From NCBI GenBank assembly GCA_035623825.1, contig DASPSR010000026.1:1-10868 (forward strand): a DNA stretch of 10,868 nucleotides, in the 5' to 3' direction. Numbering within the stretch: the stretch's first letter is position 1; every line of letters starts with the position of its first letter. The position numbers were made by a program, and so were the translations under genes. Below are positions 1 to 8,070 of the stretch, in pieces. The notes below the pieces were generated by a model. That model saw nothing but the letters and a program-made list of their open reading frames with translations, was not told the DNA's origin and ran no database searches. This stretch comes from Nitrospirota bacterium (lineage in GTDB: Bacteria > Nitrospirota > UBA9217).

Positions 1-297
1 CAGATAGGCCTGAAGTCTAGGCGCTAGCTGCGAACCCAAATACACACCGTATGTCTGTGTGAAATCGCTCCCTTTGCCGTCAGTGGTCCTGAAGCTGTTC
101 GGTCCCTCATAGGGGCTCGAGAACGCCGGCACGTTCTGGTACACCCCATTGAACTGCATGCCGACAACCTGAGGCGCCCAGTCCGGTTCGGGCGCAGTTT
201 CTGCAGATGCCGAACCTGCAAAAAACAATATTATGATTAGAAAGGTATATTTTTTAAAAAATCGCTGAGAAACCACAATAATTGCGGGGATCTCCAT
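1..297 (-). CDS. Outer-membrane carbohydrate-selective porin (OprB family, MnoP-like); N-terminal 99 codons, continues off the left edge
   Basis: Manual translation from ATG at 297: MEIPAIIVVSQRFFKKYTFLIIILFFAGSASA-ETAPEPDWAPQVVGMQFNGVYQNVPAFSSPYEGPNSFRTTDGKGSDFTQTYGVYLGSQLAPRLQAYL, open to base 1. SD-like GAGGTG lies upstream. It has a Sec signal peptide (KK, hydrophobic core, ASA), an F-x-S-P-Y-x-G-P-N-S motif as I recall it from MnoP/OprB-type porins, and alternating beta-strand patterning after it. Confidence 0.8.
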   Translation of the reverse strand, partial: MEIPAIIVVSQRFFKKYTFLIIILFFAGSASAETAPEPDWAPQVVGMQFNGVYQNVPAFSSPYEGPNSFRTTDGKGSDFTQTYGVYLGSQLAPRLQAYL

Positions 298-393
298 TTT
301 CCGCACCTCTGCTGTTAATTGATTTTGCTGCACAGAATGTTTTGTCGGCAGCGGAAAGCGCTAACGGAAATAATGGAAAGAAGAGAACGACAG

Positions 394-510
394 TCACGAG
401 AGAGAGGGCATGAAGAAGGTGAGTAACAAATAGTCCCTCAGTCGCACAATTCCCGATAGCAGCACGAATGATGCTTTGCTGCTGAACATGTGACTTGGGC
501 CACTATCCAT
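394..510 (-). CDS. Putative leader peptide / small protein (38 aa) upstream of the porin
   Basis: Perfect SD AGGAGGTG (524-517) 6 nt before ATG 510. Reads MDSGPSHMFSSKASFVLLSGIVRLRDYLLLTFFMPSLS, stop TGA 396-394. Lies between the promoter and the porin start. Confidence 0.6.
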   Translation of the reverse strand: MDSGPSHMFSSKASFVLLSGIVRLRDYLLLTFFMPSLS

Positions 511-557
511 TAACATCACCTCCTGACTTCTTGAATCGGTTTCCATAGAGTCAGCCG

Positions 558-586
558 TATATAACAGACGAGAAAAGCTATGTCAA
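558..586 (-). promoter_or_regulatory. Sigma70 promoter for the uORF-porin transcript
   Basis: Minus strand TTGACA (586-581), 17-nt spacer ending in TGT, TATATA (563-558): perfect -35, optimal spacing, extended -10 TG, A-tract upstream. Confidence 0.75.
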
Positions 587-860
587 GTTTTTTTTGGATT
601 CATAATCCTTTTTTACCGGTGATCGTATCCGATCAAAGCAATGCAATTCAAAAAGGTCTCTCATGATACGGCCTTACCAAAAATCTTGTTCAAGTGGCCG
701 CGCGAACATATGGCATGGCGCCAAGATACCTTTCTGTACCGTGCAACTATCATCTTCTCGATGAAGGGCCTTTGGGGGATGCATCACTCTTCGGTTCGAT
801 ACCGGATGACCATAATGTTACCTGATGAGAAGCAATTAAACATTTTCCTCGCATAAGCTA

Positions 861-1334
861 TCATACTTTATGCTTTTGCCTCTTGAACCTTTGATTATAG
901 GCATCATAATCAGGTACAAGACGATGGTATTCTTCATTCATTAATGATGATGATATTATAAAATCAGCGGAAGCCCGATTGCACGCAACGGGTATGTTCC
1001 AGACGACTGCTATCCTTAAAAGTGCTTTCACGTCCGGATCATGGGGCTGCGGTTCAAGAGGGTCCCAAAAAAAGATCAGAAAATCAATAATTCCCTCAGC
1101 TATTTTTGCACCAATCTGCTGGTCACCACCCAGTGGACCACTTTGCAGTTTGTCGACTTCAAGGCCGAGTTCATTTTCCAAAAGCGTCCCCGTCGTTCCT
1201 GTTGCATACAATCTGTGATTGGCCAAAAGTACTTTATTAAATTTCGCCCATTCCATGAGATCACGCTTCTTATTGTCATGGGCGACAAGAACGATATTTT
1301 TCTGCTGCCCCATCCCTATTTTCTTATAGTCCAT
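861..1334 (-). CDS. mgsA: Methylglyoxal synthase
   Basis: Signature motifs [42 protein letters not shown]; 157 aa; SD GAGGAGG upstream. Confidence 0.97.
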   Translation of the reverse strand: MDYKKIGMGQQKNIVLVAHDNKKRDLMEWAKFNKVLLANHRLYATGTTGTLLENELGLEVDKLQSGPLGGDQQIGAKIAEGIIDFLIFFWDPLEPQPHDPDVKALLRIAVVWNIPVACNRASADFIISSSLMNEEYHRLVPDYDAYNQRFKRQKHKV

Positions 1335-1639
1335 AATGCTTCCTCCTCAATCAGACCGTTAGCCCGGTTGTACATGAATCTATATCGATGTTCTATCCCG
1401 ACTTTTTATTGGACTCCACACTCTTTGTAAGAGTCATCCAAGTGAAAATTCAGAGAAAATATATATCTTATGTTTCAGTCGATAATTCTCAATCGTCAGC
1501 TACATTATCTTATCCAAGCCGCATACGGCCGTGACTCTTAAAAGTTGAAACAGCCAACAGATTCTGCTTGAAACATGCTGCTCAGCGGCCGTGCTACTCT
1601 TTACGGGCAGGAAGTGATTCGCAGCGGTTAAACTGCCGC

Positions 1640-2191
1640 TTATATTTTGAGGAGCTTTAATGCCACTCCGATAAGTGCGGCCTGTTCTTTGCTCATCTCG
1701 CCCAAGCTGCCACGCCGTTCCGTCATGCGCCGGAAGCGGGTGAAGTCTGTCGGTAAAGCTTCTGTGTCCACGAGATAAGCAATTTTTTGGATGATCTCGC
1801 CTATGTCTTCCGGATATTTTATCCGGCCTTTCGTTTTAGCGAAATACTCCACCTTCATCCGACCTCTGTCTCTGTCGAATTCCACGTCTTTCACCCGATG
1901 CACCGCGAGGATGATATAGTCACCGAGCGATTGCCAGAAGATCTCATCATGACCCTTCCACGATGGCAGGGAAAAACGCAATAAAGCCGGCTTTTTTTTC
2001 CCGTTTTGCGCTATAACCCTGTAGAGAACGACGGGATAATTTCCCAGATCTCGTTTATCGACCTTTTCGAGCTTTTCAAATAAATTTACTCTTTGCTGCT
2101 TGCGAAACAGTTTATCGATTTGCTCTAACACGCCGCCCTGTCCAAGGCCATGGTGAACTTTCTCAAGTGCCGTCGTCAATGTGTCTGTCAT
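1640..2191 (-). CDS. Hypothetical protein (183 aa, basic, soluble)
   Basis: Long ORF with SD AAGGAG before the ATG and globular-protein composition; no family recognised. Confidence 0.8.
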   Translation of the reverse strand: MTDTLTTALEKVHHGLGQGGVLEQIDKLFRKQQRVNLFEKLEKVDKRDLGNYPVVLYRVIAQNGKKKPALLRFSLPSWKGHDEIFWQSLGDYIILAVHRVKDVEFDRDRGRMKVEYFAKTKGRIKYPEDIGEIIQKIAYLVDTEALPTDFTRFRRMTERRGSLGEMSKEQAALIGVALKLLKI

Positions 2192-2555
2192 CGTTCAACT
2201 CCTTATTTATATTCTAACTTGCGCTTCAAGAGCCTTAAGTCCGTGCTATCCTCGTTTTTCCCATCAAGTATCTCTTGTAGTAAATCGTTTTTGCCTCGCT
2301 ATATCCTCATATAGAGCGCGGAGTCAAGCGTTTCTCCGCCTAAGCTGTGTGTCATTCTATAAATAGGCATTGGCGCGTGCATGCTTGGCTTACGGGCAGG
2401 TCTGGCGGTTCTTTCGAAGCGATTCCGGCCGATTATAATTCTTAGTCTTTTTGTTATCAAGAGAATTCTTAACTGCACATCAATACTCATGGTAAAAACC
2501 TCGGAAGTTCTATCGGTCGTTGTGAAGAAAGGGGACTTAATATCTCCTCCACGCC

Positions 2556-2862
2556 TTTATAAGGTGCGTTCTGCATAGAACATGCATTTATACCATCAAT
2601 CCGTGTATTATTTCAAGTTAAGATTTTGTTACAGAAGCGGGTATTTTCAGGCGGGGAAAGTAGCAGCGGGGGCTGCTGACCTTGCGCCTAACCCATACAA
2701 CCCTATGAGCCGGGCATTTGATAGCACAAATAGAAAGAGGAAAATGACAAACAGGTCCACTCCCCTGCAAATCGTCGGGACTCAGAGAAAAGGAAATTAT
2801 CCCCAACGCGGCAACCGAAATCGCTGCGAAAGACGCGCCTTTGGTAAGAGGCACCTTATAAA
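2556..2862. repeat. 307-bp intergenic segment bounded by a perfect 12-bp inverted repeat (MITE-like candidate)
   Basis: TTTATAAGGTGC at 2556-2567 and its reverse complement GCACCTTATAAA at 2851-2862; no convincing CDS inside. Confidence 0.35.
2587..2616 (-). promoter_or_regulatory. Candidate sigma70 promoter facing the hypothetical gene and mgsA
   Basis: Minus strand TTGAAA (2616-2611), 18-nt spacer ending in TGG, TATAAA (2592-2587). Confidence 0.4.
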
Positions 2863-2871
2863 TTCGATTTG

Positions 2872-3435
2872 TTATGTTCCTCTCTTTGGCGCGTAAGTTC
2901 TGGAGTAATGATTGTATTTAACCTTGTTATATGCCAGTTCACTGTCTGCAATTGGATCCTTTACTTCGTTCGGATAGCCAATGCTCACCATACATTCAAC
3001 CTTGATGTGTGGAGGCAGCGCCAGTAGACTTTGTATGTATTGCTCTGCAGACACAGTCTCTGTATGGTTGCGATTTCTAATTTGTATCCAGCAGCTGCCC
3101 AGACCCAAAGCGTGAGCTGTCATTTGCGCGAGTATTGCGGCAATGGAACAGTCCTCGACCCAGACGTCGGATTTCGTGCTGTCGGCGCACACTACGATCC
3201 CCAATGACGCATCCCGCAAGTGATGGGATCCCTGCTCTTTTGCTTTCGATAGTTTGGACAAGAGTTCCCGATCATCAGCTATAATAAATTCCCATGATTT
3301 TCCATTTCGTGACGTAGGTGAACGGAGCAATGCCTCTACGAGCACGTCAATCGTATTTCCATCAATAGACTTCCTGGCGTATTTACGGATACTTCTCCGT
3401 GTGCGTAAGAGATCGATCAAACCGGTGTCCTCCAT
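2872..3435 (-). CDS. Nitroreductase family (FMN-dependent) protein
   Basis: RRSIRKY FMN-binding motif, SPTSRN..WEF, DCSIAA, LGLGSCWIQIR, IGYP. The true start may be TTG at 3420, because GGAGG lies 8 nt upstream of it, inside the listed N-terminus. Confidence 0.93.
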   Translation of the reverse strand: MEDTGLIDLLRTRRSIRKYARKSIDGNTIDVLVEALLRSPTSRNGKSWEFIIADDRELLSKLSKAKEQGSHHLRDASLGIVVCADSTKSDVWVEDCSIAAILAQMTAHALGLGSCWIQIRNRNHTETVSAEQYIQSLLALPPHIKVECMVSIGYPNEVKDPIADSELAYNKVKYNHYSRTYAPKRGT

Positions 3436-3739
3436 ATAGCGGCGCTTAGGGGCCGAGATATTAACCCTTATTAGGATCCTTCAACAGAGTGAAACCTGAA
3501 ACGAACGCATCATCAGATCAGATGCCGGATGAATGATTCAGCATGAAAAGCATAAAAAAAGTGAGGTAATTGCCTAAATACTTCTATCAGCATTCCCCGC
3601 ATTACTGGCGATTCTAGATCCCGATCTACGAGGCTACATAGGCGAGCGAACAACAGGAGATGCCGTTCTTGTCAAAGGACTTTGCAATTAACTCTGCGGC
3701 CGGACAGTTATCGCTTCACCAGTTCGTGAAAAAATGCGG

Positions 3740-4366
3740 TTACGCAGCTGCCCTCAATATCTCACCTGATGTCTTCACCACAGCTATCTTGGCGAGATTT
3801 TTTAAGGAACGCTCATGCGCCTCCCTGTCCATTGAAGAGACGCAATCGGAAACGACCACAGGATAGAATCCCCTGTTCGAGGCATCACGCGCTGACGACT
3901 CTATTCCAGCCTCGGTCGCTATACCCGCAAATATCAAAGTTGCTATCCCCTTGTTCCTCATCATATTCTCGAAATTTGTCCCTATAAAGATGCTCGCCGT
4001 TGCTTTATCTATCATGATATCGCCTTTTGCGGCCTTTACGGCTTCGGGGATCTCCCGCTCCGTTGAACCTGGAGCCATGAATTGAGGTAGCCTGTCAACC
4101 TCTTTGACATTATAGCGCCTCATCATGTTGTAAATGTACCACGATGACTGAAATTCTCTCGGAAGGGGGGTTATCAGAGTATAGACAATAGGCATTATAT
4201 TTCTTAAATTTTCAACGAGACCCTTCAGATTAGCAATGAATTCCTCCTTATTGAATATTCTGTCCACCAATCCGTTTTGCACATCCCATACAATAAGGCA
4301 TGAGTGACTCGGGTCTGTTATTTCCGTCAGAGTCTCATATATGGTGATGCCACTAAACTTTATCAT
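3740..4366 (-). CDS. Isochorismatase-like (cysteine hydrolase family) protein, YecD-like
   Basis: LIVWDVQ, DKATASIFIGT, GIATEAGIESSARDA..RGFYPVVVSDC motifs. Start moved from the track's 4420 to ATG 4366 (MIKFSG), which has AGGAG upstream. Confidence 0.9.
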   Translation of the reverse strand: MIKFSGITIYETLTEITDPSHSCLIVWDVQNGLVDRIFNKEEFIANLKGLVENLRNIMPIVYTLITPLPREFQSSWYIYNMMRRYNVKEVDRLPQFMAPGSTEREIPEAVKAAKGDIMIDKATASIFIGTNFENMMRNKGIATLIFAGIATEAGIESSARDASNRGFYPVVVSDCVSSMDREAHERSLKNLAKIAVVKTSGEILRAAA

Positions 4367-4453
4367 GATAGAATAGACTCCTATCTCGAGAACTTTTTTG
4401 CATGCCCTTGGCAGTCGCAATCACGCCTGCATAGCATAAGGAGAACTATATGC

Positions 4454-4470
4454 TGCCACTTTTTGTGGCA
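4454..4470. promoter_or_regulatory. Perfect palindrome TGCCAC-N5-GTGGCA (possible operator or hairpin)
   Basis: Seen directly between the end of the molybdoenzyme operon and the isochorismatase start; no U-tract follows on the minus strand. Confidence 0.3.
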
Positions 4471-4539
4471 AATCTAGCGTTTCCTCCTCCTGTCCAGGTT
4501 TTACGAGATTCTGAAATAAATGAGTAAATTCCGATGAAG

Positions 4540-5514
4540 TCAGATCCTCCCGATTTCTGCAAGTTCCTCCTCAATCACGCCTTTGAAGAGAGGGATCTTG
4601 TAGCCGTTCTCTTTGAGCGGTCGGGCATTCTTCATTGCAGCCTCCGCTGCCTTCGCAATAACGTCTGGATCGAGATTCTTGCCTGTAATGGCCACCTCGA
4701 TCTCCCGAGACCGCCAGGGAATGGGTGCTGCGCCGCTGAGGACCGCACGGGCATTCGCAACCACATCGCCATTGAACCGGAGTACCAGCGCAATTCCAGC
4801 CAAAGCAAAATCCCACGATGCTCGCGTTCGCACCTTGCGGTACGAGCTGCGCGTTCCGGAGGCGGTCGGCAGTAGTATCTCGGTAACTATCTCTCCCGGC
4901 CCGAGCACGGTCTCTCTGCGCACATCCTCACTCGGCAGGACATAAAATTTCTCGACAGGAACAGACCTCGAACCTTTCGGACCCGTGACCCGTACAGAGG
5001 CATCTAGCGCAACAAGCGCCGGAGCGATGTCCGAGGGATGGACGATGAAACACGGCCCGCCCCCCATGATACAATGATACTGGTTCTCGCCCGCGACAGC
5101 GAAGCACATGTTCCCGCCCTTGCGAAGGCAATAAAACTCTCCGCGGTAATACCAGCAGCGCGGCTTCTGACAGAGGTTGCCTCCGATGGTCCCCTGGTTC
5201 CTTAGCTGGGGGCTCGCAACCTCTCGGGCCGCCTGTGCTAGGGCCGCAAAGTGCTTGTTCACCATCGGATTCTCCGCCACTTCGGCGATAGTTGTGAGCG
5301 CGCCGACGCGAAAACCGTTGCCGGGGATTTCGTTAATACCCTTCAGTTCTTTGAGTCCACTGATACTTACCAGCTTCTTAATCTCAAAGACATGATCTCG
5401 TAGGCATCCGAGGAGATCTGTGCCTCCGGCATGCAGACCGGCACCTTGCGCGGAAAGATTCTTCATCGCTTCTTTCAGGGATTTCGGACGGATATAGGAA
5501 AAGTTTGTCAGCAT
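4540..5514 (-). CDS. paoB: Xanthine dehydrogenase-family FAD-binding subunit (PaoB/YagS-like) with [4Fe-4S] insert
   Basis: AGGTDL, ASPQLRNQGTIGGNLCQKPRCWYYR, Cys-rich insert (C..CLRKGGNMC..C), HPSDIAPAL, YRKVR.R.SWDFAL; SD GGGAGG. The symbol denotes family likeness, not proven orthology. Confidence 0.92.
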   Translation of the reverse strand: MLTNFSYIRPKSLKEAMKNLSAQGAGLHAGGTDLLGCLRDHVFEIKKLVSISGLKELKGINEIPGNGFRVGALTTIAEVAENPMVNKHFAALAQAAREVASPQLRNQGTIGGNLCQKPRCWYYRGEFYCLRKGGNMCFAVAGENQYHCIMGGGPCFIVHPSDIAPALVALDASVRVTGPKGSRSVPVEKFYVLPSEDVRRETVLGPGEIVTEILLPTASGTRSSYRKVRTRASWDFALAGIALVLRFNGDVVANARAVLSGAAPIPWRSREIEVAITGKNLDPDVIAKAAEAAMKNARPLKENGYKIPLFKGVIEEELAEIGRI

Positions 5515-5610
5515 AGCGTTTCCTCCCGGTGTTCCTATGCACTTATGATGACGGAGAAAAGATCGGCTCGGACCGTCAATCCGTGCTTCTGCATGCCCGA
5601 GGATGGTTCC

Positions 5611-7932
5611 CTACTTCATTGCATGCAACGCAAACAGCTTCATGAGCTCAAGCGGGGTCATGGGTGTTTCGGTGACCCTGACGCCCGTTGCGTTGTACAC
5701 AGCGTTCGCAAGGGCTGCTCCCGTTGGGATGGTCACGGGTTCGCCCAGTCCTTTCGCGCCCGTGAGATTTGCCTCGGGATCAGGCCGGTCTATGGGCAGT
5801 GACGTCATGTCCACTGGAACGTCGAGCATCGTCGGCAGCTTATAGTCGTGCAAGTTCTTGTTCAAGAGTTTGCCGGTCTGATTTCTATCGAGAATCCTTC
5901 CTTCGGTCATCGCAAAACCTATACCCATCGTGATGCCGCCGAACGTCTGGTTGTCGAACGTTAGCCTGTTCATAACCCTTCCGCTGTCCTGTGCAGCCAG
6001 GAACCGGATGATCCGGACCTCGCCAGTCCTTGTATTCACCTCCACCTCGCAGAACTGAGCAACAAAGGGGTTAACGACCTTGCCTTCGGGATTGAGGCCA
6101 CGGTATCCTACACCCATAATGACCCCGCGCTTTTTGAGCCCCGTGATGCCGGCAATCCTGATTTTCTTCGACGGATCGGAAAGCGAAATGACTTCATTGC
6201 CATTTAGCACCAGGTCCGAGGAAGTCGTCTTCAAATCCTCTGCCGCAAGCTCCAGGAGCTGCTTCTTTACGTTCAGGGCCGCTGCACGGACAGTCGGCGC
6301 TTCGGTCGGCACGGTCTTGCTACCGCCGCTCGGTGTTGCGTACTGCGTTGTGCTCGTGTCGGCATATTCGATCTGGAGCATTTCTGGCTTCACGCCCAGT
6401 TCCTCCGCAACGACCATTGCCATCACGGTCTTGGTGCCGGTGCCGATGTCGCTTGCGCCCATATTGAGGTTCGCGCTGCCGTCGGAGAAGAGCTTCACGA
6501 TGACAGTTGATGGAGGATTGCCGCCGCCTGCAAACCAGAGACCGCTAGCCACGCCGACCCCTTTCCTTATATGGCCGGATTTTTGCTGCCCTGCGACCTT
6601 TTCCCTCGCCTCCTTCCACCCGAAGGCTTGAGCGCCTTTCTCCAGGCACTCTTGAAGCCCTGTCGTTGTATAGGGAGGATTGTTTGGCCGGGCTTGGCTA
6701 AAGGTCGGAACGTTCTTGAGCCGCAGCTCGACGGGATCCATCTTGATCGCTTCGGCGAGGCTGTCGAGCATCTGCTCGAGCACCCAGGCACCCTGCGGAT
6801 GGCCCGGGGCGCGGAATGGCCGGGCAGGGCCAGCGTTAATGTATACATCTGTCGTCTCGGTTCGTACGTTAGGGCATAGGTAGAGATCACGAATCAGCCA
6901 ATCAAGGAGTGCTGTTCCGCCGGCGGGATAGGCGCCGCTGCTCCCAATACCGCTGCATTCAAGTGCAGTCAGCGTACCGTCCTTTTTCACCCCTGCTTTT
7001 ATTTTCACGGTGTTCGGCGGCCGGTTCCCCGCGGCGAGTAAGGTCTCTTCACGCGAAAGGAACAGCTTGACTGGGCGGGCGGTCTTTTTTGCGAGCAGTG
7101 CGGCAATAATGGTGTACTTGTCTGCCTGCAGCTTGCTGCCGAAGCCTCCCCCCATGTAATGCCCTATCACGCGCACTTTCGAGAGCGGCAGCTGCAGCAC
7201 TTCGGCGACCCTCGCCTGGACTGCGAACACTCCTTGCGTGGATTCCCAGATCGTGAGCGCATCGCCGTCCCACTTTGCTACGCATCCGTGAAGCTCTGAT
7301 GGTGCGTGGAGTTCGCTCTCGTTCCGGTACGTCTGCTCAAGCACGACGTCAGCCTCGGCAAATCCCATCCGAATGTCGCCGCGTTCGTACTTATCAGCCT
7401 TGACCTTGTTCCCCTCCTTGTGTACCTGTGCCGCTCCGGCGTCGAGAGACTTGCGTTCATCGGACACGAAGGGCAAAACATCATACGTCACCCTGACGGC
7501 CCTTAGGGCATCCCACGCCTGGTATGGCGTCTCTGCCGCCACTGCGGCGACGGTTTCTCCCTCGAACCGGCATTGCGGATCAAACAGTTTCGTCTTCACA
7601 TCCGGCGTATAAGGCCACAGGACATCTATACCCGCTGTCGCACTTATCACGGCCCGAACGCCTGTCATCTTTTCTGCCTCCGCTGTGTCAACGTCTTTTA
7701 CAACGGCATGCGCGTGGGGGCAACGGAGAATGGCAGCGAAAAGCATATCGTGAAAGGTGACATCAGAAGGATAGACCGCTTTCCCGCTCGTGCGTTCATA
7801 CGCGTCCACGCTCGTCACAGGCTTGCCCACTACGTTCGTTGTCTTCCATGGCATCGCGCCCGGTTTGGGCTCGGGCGTTTCCGGCAAAGGCAGGTTCTGT
7901 GCATAATATATTTCACGCTCATCCTTGTTCAT
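5611..7932 (-). CDS. paoC: Xanthine dehydrogenase-family molybdopterin-binding subunit (PaoC/YagR-like)
   Basis: 773 aa; GGGFGSK, FRAPGHPQG, DIGTGT, SGGS, and AKGLGEP with the catalytic Glu; SD GAGGTG. The symbol denotes family likeness. Confidence 0.92.
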   Translation of the reverse strand: MNKDEREIYYAQNLPLPETPEPKPGAMPWKTTNVVGKPVTSVDAYERTSGKAVYPSDVTFHDMLFAAILRCPHAHAVVKDVDTAEAEKMTGVRAVISATAGIDVLWPYTPDVKTKLFDPQCRFEGETVAAVAAETPYQAWDALRAVRVTYDVLPFVSDERKSLDAGAAQVHKEGNKVKADKYERGDIRMGFAEADVVLEQTYRNESELHAPSELHGCVAKWDGDALTIWESTQGVFAVQARVAEVLQLPLSKVRVIGHYMGGGFGSKLQADKYTIIAALLAKKTARPVKLFLSREETLLAAGNRPPNTVKIKAGVKKDGTLTALECSGIGSSGAYPAGGTALLDWLIRDLYLCPNVRTETTDVYINAGPARPFRAPGHPQGAWVLEQMLDSLAEAIKMDPVELRLKNVPTFSQARPNNPPYTTTGLQECLEKGAQAFGWKEAREKVAGQQKSGHIRKGVGVASGLWFAGGGNPPSTVIVKLFSDGSANLNMGASDIGTGTKTVMAMVVAEELGVKPEMLQIEYADTSTTQYATPSGGSKTVPTEAPTVRAAALNVKKQLLELAAEDLKTTSSDLVLNGNEVISLSDPSKKIRIAGITGLKKRGVIMGVGYRGLNPEGKVVNPFVAQFCEVEVNTRTGEVRIIRFLAAQDSGRVMNRLTFDNQTFGGITMGIGFAMTEGRILDRNQTGKLLNKNLHDYKLPTMLDVPVDMTSLPIDRPDPEANLTGAKGLGEPVTIPTGAALANAVYNATGVRVTETPMTPLELMKLFALHAMK

Positions 7933-8070
7933 GGTCCACCTCGTTTACTTAGGGACGATTCTCCGGTATCATGTGCCCTAGACCTCGTCCTGTATACTCG
8001 TCACCCGATCGAGGGCAGTGATACGTGATGCCATTAGCTGCCTTGTCACGTCTCCATGTCTGGGCCGCTC

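Noticed and set aside
24-221. 65-aa minus-strand ORF from the track
   Set aside because: Out-of-frame overlap with the much more convincing porin frame (1-297).
523-554. CTGACT...AGTCAG stem that could partly occlude the uORF SD
   Set aside because: The predicted TSS (about 551) would cut the 5' arm, and the stem is only 6 bp.
641-856. 71-aa plus-strand ORF
   Set aside because: No SD, no recognisable motif, atypical composition.
1601-2400. 11-bp direct repeat TTACGGGCAGG (1601-1611 and 2390-2400) flanking the hypothetical gene
   Set aside because: A match of this length is expected by chance in a window this size, and there are no other mobility signs.
2181-2896. Short ORFs in the 2.2-2.9 kb intergenic region (61-104 aa, both strands)
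   Set aside because: They overlap each other with no family motifs. 2299-2490 has a weak GAGG SD and cannot be fully excluded.
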